Assembly (NCBI GenBank): GCA_020632445.1
Contig: JACKFN010000006.1
Location: 1-56,467, forward strand
Length of the DNA stretch: 56,467 nucleotides
From: Candidatus Nomurabacteria bacterium
GTDB taxonomy: Bacteria > Patescibacteriota > Patescibacteriia > Magasanikbacterales > UBA922
Reading direction: 5' to 3'
This document shows, in pieces, positions 1-11,100 of the stretch (position 1 is the stretch's first letter; every line of letters starts with the position of its first letter). The translations under genes and the position numbers were made by a program. Below the pieces are notes generated by a model. That model searched no databases, was not told the origin of the DNA, and saw only the letters and a program-made list of their open reading frames with translations.

Positions 1-180
1 AAATGTCGCGGCGAATGCTAAAAGTGGATACATCAAAAGTATCCCCACACAAAACATACTTGCTATTCGATCAAAAAATCGCGAGGATAACATAAAATTT
101 CATGCGTCGCTACTAATATTATACCAAAAAAAAGAAAAAAAAACAGCATAAGGCCGTTTTTTTCTCAAATTAACGCATTT

Positions 181-882
181 TTACTTTGTGCCTACAGATA
201 CATCACCTCTTTTCCCAATAAGCTGCAAAAATTGCTCCCTACTTTGGAAATCTTTTCTATCAAACCTCACAAACTGCGCATTATCAAAAACAGGAATAAA
301 CAATGTATGAAAACCGGTGTCCCTCACAATGACTACCTCTCCGGTATTCAGTAATTCAACGTCAGCGCTCAAACGTACCGCTTCTTTTTGACCGTTGTAA
401 TGACGAAAAAAAACTTTTTCCTTAATAATATCTACAGGGAACGTTTCTTCATAAACCTTCGTACGTATTCCTGCAGCTAAAGTGTATACCTGAACAGTAA
501 TGGAAACGGGTGTGTTATTTTCCAATACATCAACCGTAATCGCATCTTTACGAACCACAATAGAATCAATATGAGAAACATTTGTAATACCTTGCGACTG
601 TGGATAGTACCACTCGTCTTGTGTAAAGACGTAGGTAGTTTTATGATCTTGGTAGTGTGGATTTGTTGCAGTCACAGGATACAAATTTCTCTTACCTATT
701 TCATGATATACTCGAGAAGCTGACGACGTTCTGTAGTTCACTCCGGTATTCGACGTAATCACATGGTTTTTTGACAACCTCCAAGCCCCATGCGTCTGCT
801 CAATGGCATGAAGTAACTGCTGCATCCCTCTATGGTATTCCACATTTTTTCGCGCAGGTAACACATACCTAAAACAAAACAA
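181..882 (-). CDS. hypothetical protein
   Basis: 233-codon ORF in the track. The start is uncertain: 882 is a TTG and the first in-frame ATG is at 825. I recognise no motif. A weak hairpin plus T-run lies downstream at about 130-160. Confidence 0.5.
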   Translation of the reverse strand: MFCFRYVLPARKNVEYHRGMQQLLHAIEQTHGAWRLSKNHVITSNTGVNYRTSSASRVYHEIGKRNLYPVTATNPHYQDHKTTYVFTQDEWYYPQSQGITNVSHIDSIVVRKDAITVDVLENNTPVSITVQVYTLAAGIRTKVYEETFPVDIIKEKVFFRHYNGQKEAVRLSADVELLNTGEVVIVRDTGFHTLFIPVFDNAQFVRFDRKDFQSREQFLQLIGKRGDVSVGTK

Positions 883-1046
883 ATTTAAAATGTCAATTGA
901 TTGTGGATAAACGTATTGAAACTATACACCTACACAGTACACCTTTGATTCGAGAAAAAACATCTAAAATAAGCTAAAAGTGTACGAAACAGGTATAAAA
1001 TAGGTACTTTTTAGCAAAAATTAGCAAATAAATAGCACCTTCAGAC

Positions 1047-1075
1047 TTGACAAACTTGCCACATACTGCTATAGT
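1047..1075 (+). promoter_or_regulatory. sigma70-type consensus promoter upstream of GC-rich ORF
   Basis: TTGACA (1047-1052), 17-nt spacer, TATAGT (1070-1075), located in AT-rich DNA. Confidence 0.6.
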
Positions 1076-1128
1076 CAAAATAGAAGAATTGCGTGCAAAA
1101 GGAGGCATCGTAATTCATGATCTTTACA

Positions 1129-1188
1129 TAGACTAACGTCCTACACTGAGGATGGGGTACCTCTCCTCTGTCCAGGACGTTTAGTCTA
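1129..1188 (+). promoter_or_regulatory. inverted repeat / compound stem-loop in the 5' leader of the 1275 ORF
   Basis: tagactaacgtcct (1129-1142) pairs with aggacgtttagtcta (1174-1188): 14 bp with one extra T. It encloses an inner gagga/tcctc stem. The stop codon of the 4-codon uORF (1117-1131) forms the first 3 nt of the left arm. Confidence 0.5.
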
Positions 1189-1274
1189 CAGTAGGTAAGG
1201 GCACAGAGAGCCAATGCCAATCAGTTGACCACGCCCCTGGCAACGGGGGTATTACTGCGCGAAGGGAGACTTCC

Positions 1275-1967
1275 ATGCGCAACTTGACCCCCGCCGTGGC
1301 GTGGTCCTGCTGGGCCGCGCTGATCTTTGTTCTCGCCGCGTGCGGTGAGGACAACAGCCCCAACCCGGCCCCGCCCGTGGACAACCCGGGTGTGGAGAAC
1401 CCGGACGACCGCGAGATGACCCCGCCCGACGACCGCGAGATGACCCCGCCCGACGACCGCGAGATGACCCCGCCCGACGAGCCGCACATCTCCGACCCGG
1501 AGATGAACCGCTTCGCCGAGGACTGCGTGAACGCCGGCGGTGACGTCATGTCGGCGCCCCCGCCGATCGCCTGCAACGTGCGCGGCGACGTGTACGGCCC
1601 CGGCGACGAGCTCCCCGACCCCGAGGAGGTCGATGAGTTCGAGATGCTCTCGAACTACCTCGAACGAAGCTGGTGCATCACCCAGGTGGACGGCGACCTC
1701 TCATGTGAGCGCCCAACCTGGAACGAGGAGTGGCAGACCTTCGGTCCGTTCCCCGGCTCCCTCGTCGACATCGTCTACGAGGGCTTCAAGAGTCGCAACG
1801 ACAGCAACTGCTGGCACCAGGACGATGTCATCGCCATGAAGTGGATCTGCATCCCGAACTTCCCGGAAGAGAACTCGGAGATCGGCTACCGGATCTACTA
1901 CTCGTCCGCCGATGAGCTTCCTTCGGTCGAGGAGATGGCATCCGTGTTCTCGCGGAGCCACGACTGA
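1275..1967 (+). CDS. GC-rich putative secreted lipoprotein with PDDREMTP x3 repeat (likely horizontally acquired)
   Basis: ATG 1275 has GGGAG 6 nt upstream. The N-terminus MRNLTPAVAWSCWAALIFVLAAC is a signal peptide plus lipobox (LAAC). An acidic/Pro repeat and a 6-Cys C-terminal domain follow. GC3 codon bias is strong, unlike all neighbours. Confidence 0.75.
   Translation: MRNLTPAVAWSCWAALIFVLAACGEDNSPNPAPPVDNPGVENPDDREMTPPDDREMTPPDDREMTPPDEPHISDPEMNRFAEDCVNAGGDVMSAPPPIACNVRGDVYGPGDELPDPEEVDEFEMLSNYLERSWCITQVDGDLSCERPTWNEEWQTFGPFPGSLVDIVYEGFKSRNDSNCWHQDDVIAMKWICIPNFPEENSEIGYRIYYSSADELPSVEEMASVFSRSHD
1404..1475 (+). repeat. perfect 3 x 24-bp tandem repeat (coding)
   Basis: gacgaccgcgagatgaccccgccc occurs at 1404-1427, 1428-1451 and 1452-1475, with a 5-nt partial fourth unit. 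It is in frame and encodes DDREMTPP repeats. Confidence 0.95.
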
Positions 1968-1998
1968 TCCTCTTCACCTTCCCCTCCACCCCACCACC

Positions 1999-2024
1999 GT
2001 CATGACGAAACCCTTCGTCATGAC
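1999..2024. other. perfect 11-bp hairpin immediately downstream of the GC-rich ORF
   Basis: gtcatgacgaa (1999-2009), loop accc, ttcgtcatgac (2014-2024). No T-run follows. Confidence 0.8.
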
Positions 2025-2033
2025 ACCCCAATC

Positions 2034-2061
2034 AAAAAAGCGTCTATCGAGGCGTTTTTTT
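2034..2061. terminator. bidirectional intrinsic terminator between convergent genes
   Basis: aaaaaag-cgtc-tatcga-ggcg-ttttttt. The stem is short (one G:U pair) and is flanked by an A-run and a T-run. It lies between the 1967 (+) and 2129 (-) stops. Confidence 0.5.
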
Positions 2062-2128
2062 GATTGTTACATTTTTTACAAAAAAAGAGTAAACATGTAG
2101 CTTACTCTTTCAATATTTTTTTTGAATC

Positions 2129-5100
2129 TTACCTTGTCGGAACCACAATGATCTTTCCAGCAAATTCTACGTATGGTCTGTTATTAAAATTTGGATCATT
2201 TGGGTCAGTAATAACGTCAGAAAAATTCTTCTCGCACATAGGCAATTCGCTTCCTCTTATGCTAAAATCATCCCAACACCCCTCATACCCCACCATAGTC
2301 TGTGAATATTGTGGAGCAAACATTTGCTTTCTTCCTTCTCCCTCAAGCGAAGCACTTCCAGGGAGATATGGTGTCACAAAGAATCTTGATCCATTCTCTT
2401 CTGGTCCTAGGAATAGTGGCTGGTGATATGGCGAATCTTCCACATACAAGACATTTGCACCAAGCCTATATGGCTTATCAAATGCCACACCACTCCTGTT
2501 GTAGTTCGAACGATAGTCGGCGCTACACATACCATTACACCACCCCCAGTTATCCTTTACTTGTACGCGAGGTTTAAAGACACACACCTTGTCACCAACA
2601 CCAACATCATATTCACGCAATTCTCGAATTTCTGCTTCAGAAAATGTGTTATCATTCACAGTCTTTACCCAATCAACTCCACCACTATTGATATCATCCT
2701 GAGTACAGGTATATGTGTGAATAAACTCAAAGTATCCCTCATTACATGCCCTTTGACTATCCCCAAAGTATGCTGGGAAGGATTCACCTTCCGCAGGAAG
2801 TACACACTCCTGCACTGCATGGGTTTCTCCAGCTGCATCACGCCAGTATTCTATAGGACAGTCAGAATTTTGACTACAGAGCAATTGAAGTACTCCATCC
2901 TCATCATTTTCAGAAAGACCACGACAAACACCTATTTGACTTCCGGAAAATGAACTACTCTGACAAAATGGCTTCTGGTTTTTGTAGAGACCTACCTTGT
3001 TTTTGTTTACAATAGAGCTTCCATCCTGCCAGTCAACACGAACCTGACGGATAGGCATAGCATCGTGATCAGCAAAGGCAAAAAATTGCAACTTTGCAGG
3101 TGCTCTACCACGATAAATCATTGCGTCAACAAAGAAATCAGCGTCTTCATCTTCTTTGTCTTCTGGATACACTCCATCGGCATTATAGTCAGTCGTCAAG
3201 TATGTCCTTCCATTTACCGAAACATTATCTTTGGTTCCCGGAGTACATTTTGCGCTATCATTTAATGGAGAACAGGTAACCGGATTGAGAGAATAAATTT
3301 GAGGAGGAATGACTTTTCTTATTACTTCATTGCCCTGATTTCCAACTCTTCCTCCGTTTAAATTGAGTGTCTGTCGCAATAACAATCTACCATTCGCATC
3401 CAAACCGGAAACATCAAGATTTGTGATCGACTTGTCAACAACGTTATTATTCTCACCAAATCCAACTCTCTTAGAAATTTTACTAAAAAGTCCCTTCAAT
3501 ATACCCGCGGCACGTGCTGTTTCAACGTTTTGTGACAGGTCAATCCCTCCGCTCGTTGCAACATCGTTTCTTTCTATAAACTCAAATGGTGATGCAGGAT
3601 ATACATACATTGCATCCCTTCTATATAGCCCAGCACATCCACGGCTTCCATTTCCTCCAGCGGCATTAACTGGTACTTGTCCATTGATATCCGCCAAATA
3701 ATCATACGAAAGTAATTTCGAATCACATTTGTACGGAATACCATTGTAGTCTGGATATGCAAAGGATGCACGTGACAAAAGTAATGATCTGTCAGAGCTT
3801 TCCAAATCCCGATAACTCATAGGCAAACTACCATACGGAGGATTTGGGAACGCATGTCCAATAAATGAGCTATGCCATCCAGTTGCTGTGTCCTTTTGTG
3901 ACTCATTCCATGTTATGTTGGTCCATGCTTTGTTAGCGTCACCACTTATTGGATTAATATCTGAATTATGCACACCGCCATAGTCAACACAGATATCATT
4001 GAGTTCGGCGACAACTCCCACACTAAAGCCTCCGTAAGCGTAATCATCATCATCCTTTTCAGGATTACAAAATCGTGTAATGTACCCCAAAAATTCACCT
4101 TGCTTATTGAAATCCATTCCAATCGCCCAAAAACGACCTCCATTACTTCCTTTGTTTTCACAAATTTCAGAGAAAGGATCAGAACCTTGTATTGGGCGAC
4201 CAACACGGCCTGTGGTTGCAGTTTTCATAAACTCAGGTTCAAAGTCCCTTCCAAATTCTCCAATACTACCATTGTCAGCTAGCACAGCGACATACCTACG
4301 GTGAATTTTGTTTCTCTCGTCTGAAAATGGTGATACTTGATCTGAAATACCCACTCGATAATTGGTAGAATAACCACCGTGAGCAAGATAGTTGTCAAAG
4401 CTGAGGAGCCCATCGACATCACTTGCATCGAGCATATATGTCCACCATTTGTTACGAGCTTCTTCTCCACCATCGATGGTAGGATTTACTTGTCTATGTT
4501 TGTCTCCATATCTTCCAGGTCCTGAGACAAGCTCCAAATTAGCATGTGACTTGATTGATTGTAACTGCTCAAAGTCAATATACAGCTGCTTGTCATACAT
4601 GGCAGGAATACTTTGGTGAGACACATTTCCATGATACGAAGTCACCAAAAAGTAAACTTTGCGTATCTGTTTTTCGTTGAGTGAAGCTTCAATATCTGAT
4701 ACGTACACATACTCATTAGAATTTTTCTCCGGAGAGTAGTACTTTGTATTGATTTTTTGGTTTTCGAAATGGGAAAAAATTTCAGAATTTACAAATGACT
4801 GGTTAGCAACTTTTGCAAAGTCAACGGTATAGTCTGAAATAAAGCTTCCATCTTCTTTCCACAGCCGAGGAGGATGCATCACAGTACCAATTTCAAATCC
4901 TTCATAGTCTCCCCCATTATCACGTCCATCTTGGTTTGAATATGCCCATGTATTTGCGGCAAGCGTATATGGAGCCCATGTGTCAACATTGATTTCAATA
5001 CTTCCATTGTTAATTTCATATCCACCTGCGGCAGCACCATCGACGTTTCCACCATTACCACCCGCGACTCCCTCTCCCATAACATCGTGATGAGCAGCGC

Positions 5101-8100
5101 CCCCTCTGTCGTTTCTAAGTACAACGGCATCTTTTGAGATGTTGTACCAACTCCAAATTTGGAGCAAACTCGTGGTCCCTTTTGTCCCAGGACGACACAC
5201 AACTGCGCGAATATCGCCAGAACCATAGTCTGCATCTTCATCTTCAGAGCAGTCATCATCACCTGAAAGAGGCCTACCCGTATTCTCATCAAAATAGTTG
5301 TCTAAGAAATACTTCAAAAATGGCTTTTCACGATCACGTGCCCCATCAAATCGAAGTGGATAATTTGAGAACGTTAATTCAGAAATTTCTGCTATGTCTG
5401 TATTGTCAGCGTCAGGAATAACAATATCACCATTATTACCTCCTTCATACATTGAACCTCCCGAAGAGTACCGCGTGTACATGTTGCTGGCATCGTATGC
5501 GCCACTTTCCATGGACGTGCTATCGATACAATACACCTCACCACCGGTCGCCGCGCCGGTTGCATCTATGGCATCAATACTTGGATTGTATCCCGCTTCT
5601 ACATTTGAATTAAAGGTATCATTAAGTGCTGCAGAGATTTGCAGTGGCATCCAAGTGAGACATGGGTATTCCTTTCGTGTCTCGAGTTGTATTGGTCTAC
5701 TAAAATCTCTTTCCAGACAGTAACCTTCTACACCAATTCTGACTTCTTTTTTCGATAGCTTGTTACAAATCCCCGGTATAGCAGTAGTTTCTGCGGCTTC
5801 GCCTGGACGAGCAGATTCTGTGTACACATAGGTACAATCTGCGTCAACATTACATGCCTGACCAGCCAAACCATTTCCCGTACACTTCCCTGCAGGAAAA
5901 TTCTTGGTGAGTGGCCAATAATCAGAAGTAATGTCTTCCCCATAATTTACCTTAGTATATCCGCATGAACAATCACCAAACTGGCAAACATTTACCTTTT
6001 CAAAGCCTTGTACGTTCTGTATGTGATCTCTTCTAAACGCGAGATTGCCCTGGTTTTCTGCAATGCTACCACTAAATTGCTCCGCAACATAGTTAGGAAA
6101 CGGACTGTCCTGTTCCGGAAAACTCTTACAGCTACCACCTTCGAGGTATGGAAGGAGATTTGATTCAATTTCTTTCATCCTTTCTACTTGCTGATTGGCA
6201 TTTAAATCGACAAAATCCTCTTCATCGATACGAATACTTGCAGGGAACTGACCGGCAACCGGGTACAGACAACTTCCCTTGTAACAACGGCCACCGTTGT
6301 CTGGTCCACATGCCGTCCAGTTGAGTTCACTTTCGTTCCCTTGCTTACAAGCCCTATCAGAGAACCCTTCATTTCCTTGGTCATCTGGGTCACCGGCAAA
6401 AAACCGATCGTCAACTTTGTGACCTATATAGGTAGTATCATAACCCTCTACGGTAATGAAATATTCAAGATTTGGTATTTGTCTCCTGTTATATAAACTA
6501 TATCCTGTGTACTCAAAACCACTCCATGAAACATTTCTGGTAACATAGCTGTCGTAGTTAAGTGGCTCAAGACCATCGTCAATGCTCTGTGGAGTTACCC
6601 AGCTGACACATTCAGTTCCGTCTTCATTTCGTGCATTACACACTCCATATTCATAACACAGCGGCTCATCACGGCCAGAGATTTTAATTTTACTTCGACA
6701 TTCCAGCCACTCACTACACTGACGATCACGGTTCACCTTGATGATTCTGTTAGCGTCAAGTGTTCGCAAATCATCATTGCTAGGCTCGGTAACGACGTCG
6801 ACCAAACCATAGTTCCCTTCTTGAAAACTTTTCTGGTAGCTTGCTGCTGAGTTGTATACCCTATTAGGATCTTCGGTATAGTTAAAGAGAACACATCCTT
6901 CAGTCTGGCTTACCTGTCCATCACATTGTCCTTCTTTGTCAATAACTTTGTCATTGTAAATAAAGTAATATGGTTCTCCATTTGGATGCTCTGCAGAGGT
7001 GTCTTGTGGATCGATAAATTCACCGCACATGTGCTGTTCAAGTGGACATGAACCGACAAAACCGTCGTATCGGGGTGATTCATTAGAAAAAATTCCAAGC
7101 GCTTCTCCAACAGGAGTGTCCCGCCTCACAAAAAGTGGATCTCGGTAACAGGCTACTGGATCAGCAGTGTTACAGGTTCGAGCGCGCTCTCCATCTGGAG
7201 CCTGTCCACAATCAGCATCGGCCTTACACAACACATCACTGTCATGAGAACAGGTGCCCACTCCCTGGATGTACCAACCGGGAGTTCCACCTTCTGGCTG
7301 CTTGTACTCACAAATCTTGTTTCCAATAACTGCCGGGTCTTTGAAATATATATCAGCGTCCAAACTGAACGTTGAACAACCTAGCTGATCGGCACGACAG
7401 AGCATCTGAGAATAATTTTCAGGTCGATTCATGACATACACATCCTCAAACTGGTAAGCTGACGCCTGGTCATCACGAGGAAGAACCTGTGCCTGCTGCC
7501 CAACCTTAAGACATCCGACCTCATTTGACTGACAAGCAAAGTCCTGGCGAGCTGTCATATATAGAGGACTATCAGCCGGTGTATCTGCCGGAACGTAAAT
7601 ACTGGCAACATCCAAGATAAGTCTATTTTCTGCTGGCAAACCATCTCCAATTCTCCGCAGATCATCTGCATCAGCACCATCAGGCACAACCACTTGCTCG
7701 CCATTTATTTCTACTATTTCCAGTGTTTGATCAATGATAACATTGTTTGGTATATGACAAGTTGTCTGATCTGGAGCGACTTCACATTCAAAACTTTGAC
7801 CATCGTACAGCACCTTACATTTGTTTGAAAGTTCTCTTTCGCGAGATGACATCTCACAAAGCGTGTTGTATACGTGTGCCAAGTCATCCCCTGTCTCAAA
7901 GTCATTGGCTTCCTGTGAATATGAGTTGTAAGTGTCATACATTGGAATACAACCAACAGCATTTTCGCGGCACAGTTTATCAAACCCACTTGTAAACACG
8001 ATCCCCGTATCACCTTCGACATTGGTAAATTGATATTGAGAACAACCAAGTCCCTCTCCAGGAAGACCATCAGTTGGATTTGCGTCACAAGAAAGTGGAA

Positions 8101-11100
8101 CACTCGCGCGAACATTTTGTCCTTGATACTCTACAATGGTTTCCCAACTTCCCTTGATTCGGTATACCTTCTGAGTTGATGGCGAAAGCGAAAGTTTATC
8201 AATAAAGTATGGTTGATTTTGGTCGTCGTTGCTGACAAATACAAGGTTAAGTTCTTGAGAAGCATCTCCACCAAAGAGTACCGGACCCAAAACAACTTCT
8301 CTCCAATTATCTCCAACGGACACTTCTTCTACTTCTTGCTCTGCAATATTATAGGTAAACCGTCCCATTTCCTGACCACCTTGCTCAAAATAAATATCAA
8401 CCGCTTGCGCAACACCACGTGTCCAGAAACGAAGCTCATACCCGGTAGTATTGTCTGATTTGAGCATACCTCCATCAATATGATACTGCGCCCGCACAGC
8501 GCTGATCTGGAGTGAATGTTCATTTGGACTAAGTCCCTCTGCTGCAATCTGTAAATCATTATCATTTTGCGCTGCAAAACCACCCATAGCTTCTTGCAAT
8601 GACTCTTCATTTCCGAAATCATCGGCCTCAAAATCATGTGAGAAAATCGGCGCTGCGACATTGTTTCCACCATTTCCAACATACTCTCTACACATCGCAG
8701 CATCAGGGTTACAACTTTCGGTTCCCTGACCACCTTCAATAGCCTCGTAAATACACACTCCATTTTCATATTTTCCGCCCCCCTGACATCTTTGACATAC
8801 CGGCTCGTCAATTGGAAGATCAAGGTTTTGATTTTCGAGTTGAATTTGGCTTGGAGCTTCCCAAAGACCTCCCCATTGCTGACAGACGTCCTGATCACCT
8901 GCACCAGAGACATTTACATCAATATAAAGCTCTGCGTTGGTCTTTCGAAATGGATTACACTGCGCTGATATTTCTACCGTCTTGGTAACCAAACGATAAT
9001 ATTCCTGGTTATCATCATCAAAGAACCGCAAACACTGCGTTGACCCTTGGTTGTCAGGATTAATATTGTTGATACGATTGTTATACGTCTCTTCATTACA
9101 AAGTTCAAGATATCCAGCGATAACTGCAGGGTCAAAACTATCATAAGCAGGAGATCCTACTGGGAACACCTCATCAAGCTGCGCTTGAACAAGACCATCA
9201 ATAGCACCACGCTGTGCCATGCGAGCTAAATAATCATGTACCTGATCATCGATCTGCAAAAGCCTATGAGTTCGAAGTCGCTGTCCATCGTCTACAGAAG
9301 CTTCCCACGTATAGAATGTTTTTTCATTTTCACGATTGGCGTCTGGCTGCTCACAAAAACGAATCTTCTTGAAATATGCTTCACGCTCACCGGCACCAGC
9401 GGAGAGATCGGTAAATTCTTCACATCCAACGTCTTGCGCTCGACACTCGCCGGCATTTTGACTGTATGGATTGATGTACATTGGGAATTTTTCTGACTCA
9501 AATTGTACCCCCACTTGTCTGTACGCACTGTAGCCAAGACACTCCTGGTTACAAGAACTTCCTCCGACAATTCCCGGCACGAGTGGGTTGGCAGCAACAT
9601 CTCCGTCCACGGTAAGCGGAGTAAATGCCTGACATCCCACCTCCTGCTCAACACAAACCTGTGAAAACTCTCCACACGCAGGATTATTTGGAAGGTCATT
9701 AATTACTTGCGCGAGCGTAGTTGGCCAATCAATTTCTGGAGTAGACCGATCAATATCGTAACAACCCAAATAGTCTGGGGCCTTTTTGAGGAACAGACGT
9801 GTCTGGTTGCTTGCATCTGGATTAGTATAAAAAGCACTACAACCTTCTGCTTCTTGGTTTGCACAGTAGTTTGAAGAGACTTCACTGTTGAGGTAGAGGC
9901 TTCCGTTTCTTCCAAGAAGTTTTAAGTCAACATTAGATGCCGTTTGGTAACTATCAATCCACTGACCATTCTCATCTTGCTCAAGCGCATAGGCAAGACA
10001 TCCACTTGAATTTGCATCACACTGAGCGTAGTCAACGGTTCTTGCCAAGTATGGTGTTATTTGACCGGTAACCTGATTGGTATAGGCCTTACAAGTCGCA
10101 TTTTGCCACTCACAACTATCAGCGCCTGTTCTCCAAATATTTTCTTCTTTGAGACAATATCCGTACGCCTGTGGAGTAACACACTTTCCACTTTCATTTT
10201 CATAAATACAGGTAGAAATGTCTGCGCATTCTGGTTTACGAAGTGCCAAATCCGGCGCCAAAAGCTCAGGACCATACACTCCCATTTCACACTTATGGAG
10301 CGGAGCACGAAGTACCCAATTTGGATTGAGTATTCGACACCATCTAAATTCTGGATCACCAAGCCTCGAAGTATCCAAAAGTTTTTCTCCGGTATCTCCA
10401 TCAATATCATCAATACCATCTCCATTATCATCAACATATGGACAATCATCAAATCCCTCGATAACTTCTTTGAGCGTTGGTGGCTGATCTGGGTCAGAAC
10501 GCAATGCGGCTATCTCAAATCCAAGAGGCAATATTCTTTGTCTACGAAGTTTTTGGAGGTTTGAGTAACAATACGCACCATTGTAGCAGTCCTTATCGTT
10601 ATGCTCTGCTTCATTTACCGGAGAAATTAATTTCCAACTACCATGGAGATACTCGGTTCCATCACCACTACCATTGAGATTCATCGCCTGAGCAATCGTC
10701 ATTGGCTCAGAATTGTTGGCAATATCAAGAGCCTGCGCAAAATCATCATCGATTACACAGTTATTAAGACCCGGATTATCTGGACATGTTCGCATATCCT
10801 GCAAAATATCCTGTGATCCTACCGGAAGTGGATTGACGACCTTCAAGAACGAAAATTCTTTTTTGGCACGCTCACGTGGGTCTATGGCACTGGTATCATT
10901 TTCAAATGAAAGCCCCTGAGCTCCCCTACCTGGATCTGGATAAAGACCTTTGTTGAAGATTTTATCAAGCATCTGATTTGCCAAGGTGTTCAAAAAGACA
11001 GAAGCCGCCATGGGGAAAATCTGCCATGCCTCGGCAGCATACAAACCAGTTATTTGACTGGTAGTGACTTCTCCTTCGTGTTTTGAGGTGTTGACCTTCG

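Noticed and set aside
902-910. A perfect DnaA box (TGTGGATAA) at 902-910, together with the strand-polarity switch at 50.86-51.89 kb, as possible oriC evidence.
   Set aside because: Only a single perfect box is present at 0.9 kb. I see no DnaA-box cluster or DUE-like AT tract at the strand switch, and no dnaA or dnaN nearby. Testing this needs a genome-wide GC-skew analysis.
1404-1475. A possible CRISPR array or minisatellite formed by the 24-bp repeats.
   Set aside because: The units are contiguous with no spacers. There are only three copies, they are in frame, and they lie within a CDS. This is a coding tandem repeat.
1181-2031. Five further track ORFs inside island 1: 1181-1576(-), 1221-1487(-), 1540-1839(+), 1701-1961(-), 1828-2031(-).
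   Set aside because: High-GC DNA lacks stop codons in most frames. These ORFs give Arg/Gly/Ser/Pro-rich low-complexity products and have no SD. The 1275-1967 frame alone has a signal peptide, a lipobox and GC3 bias.
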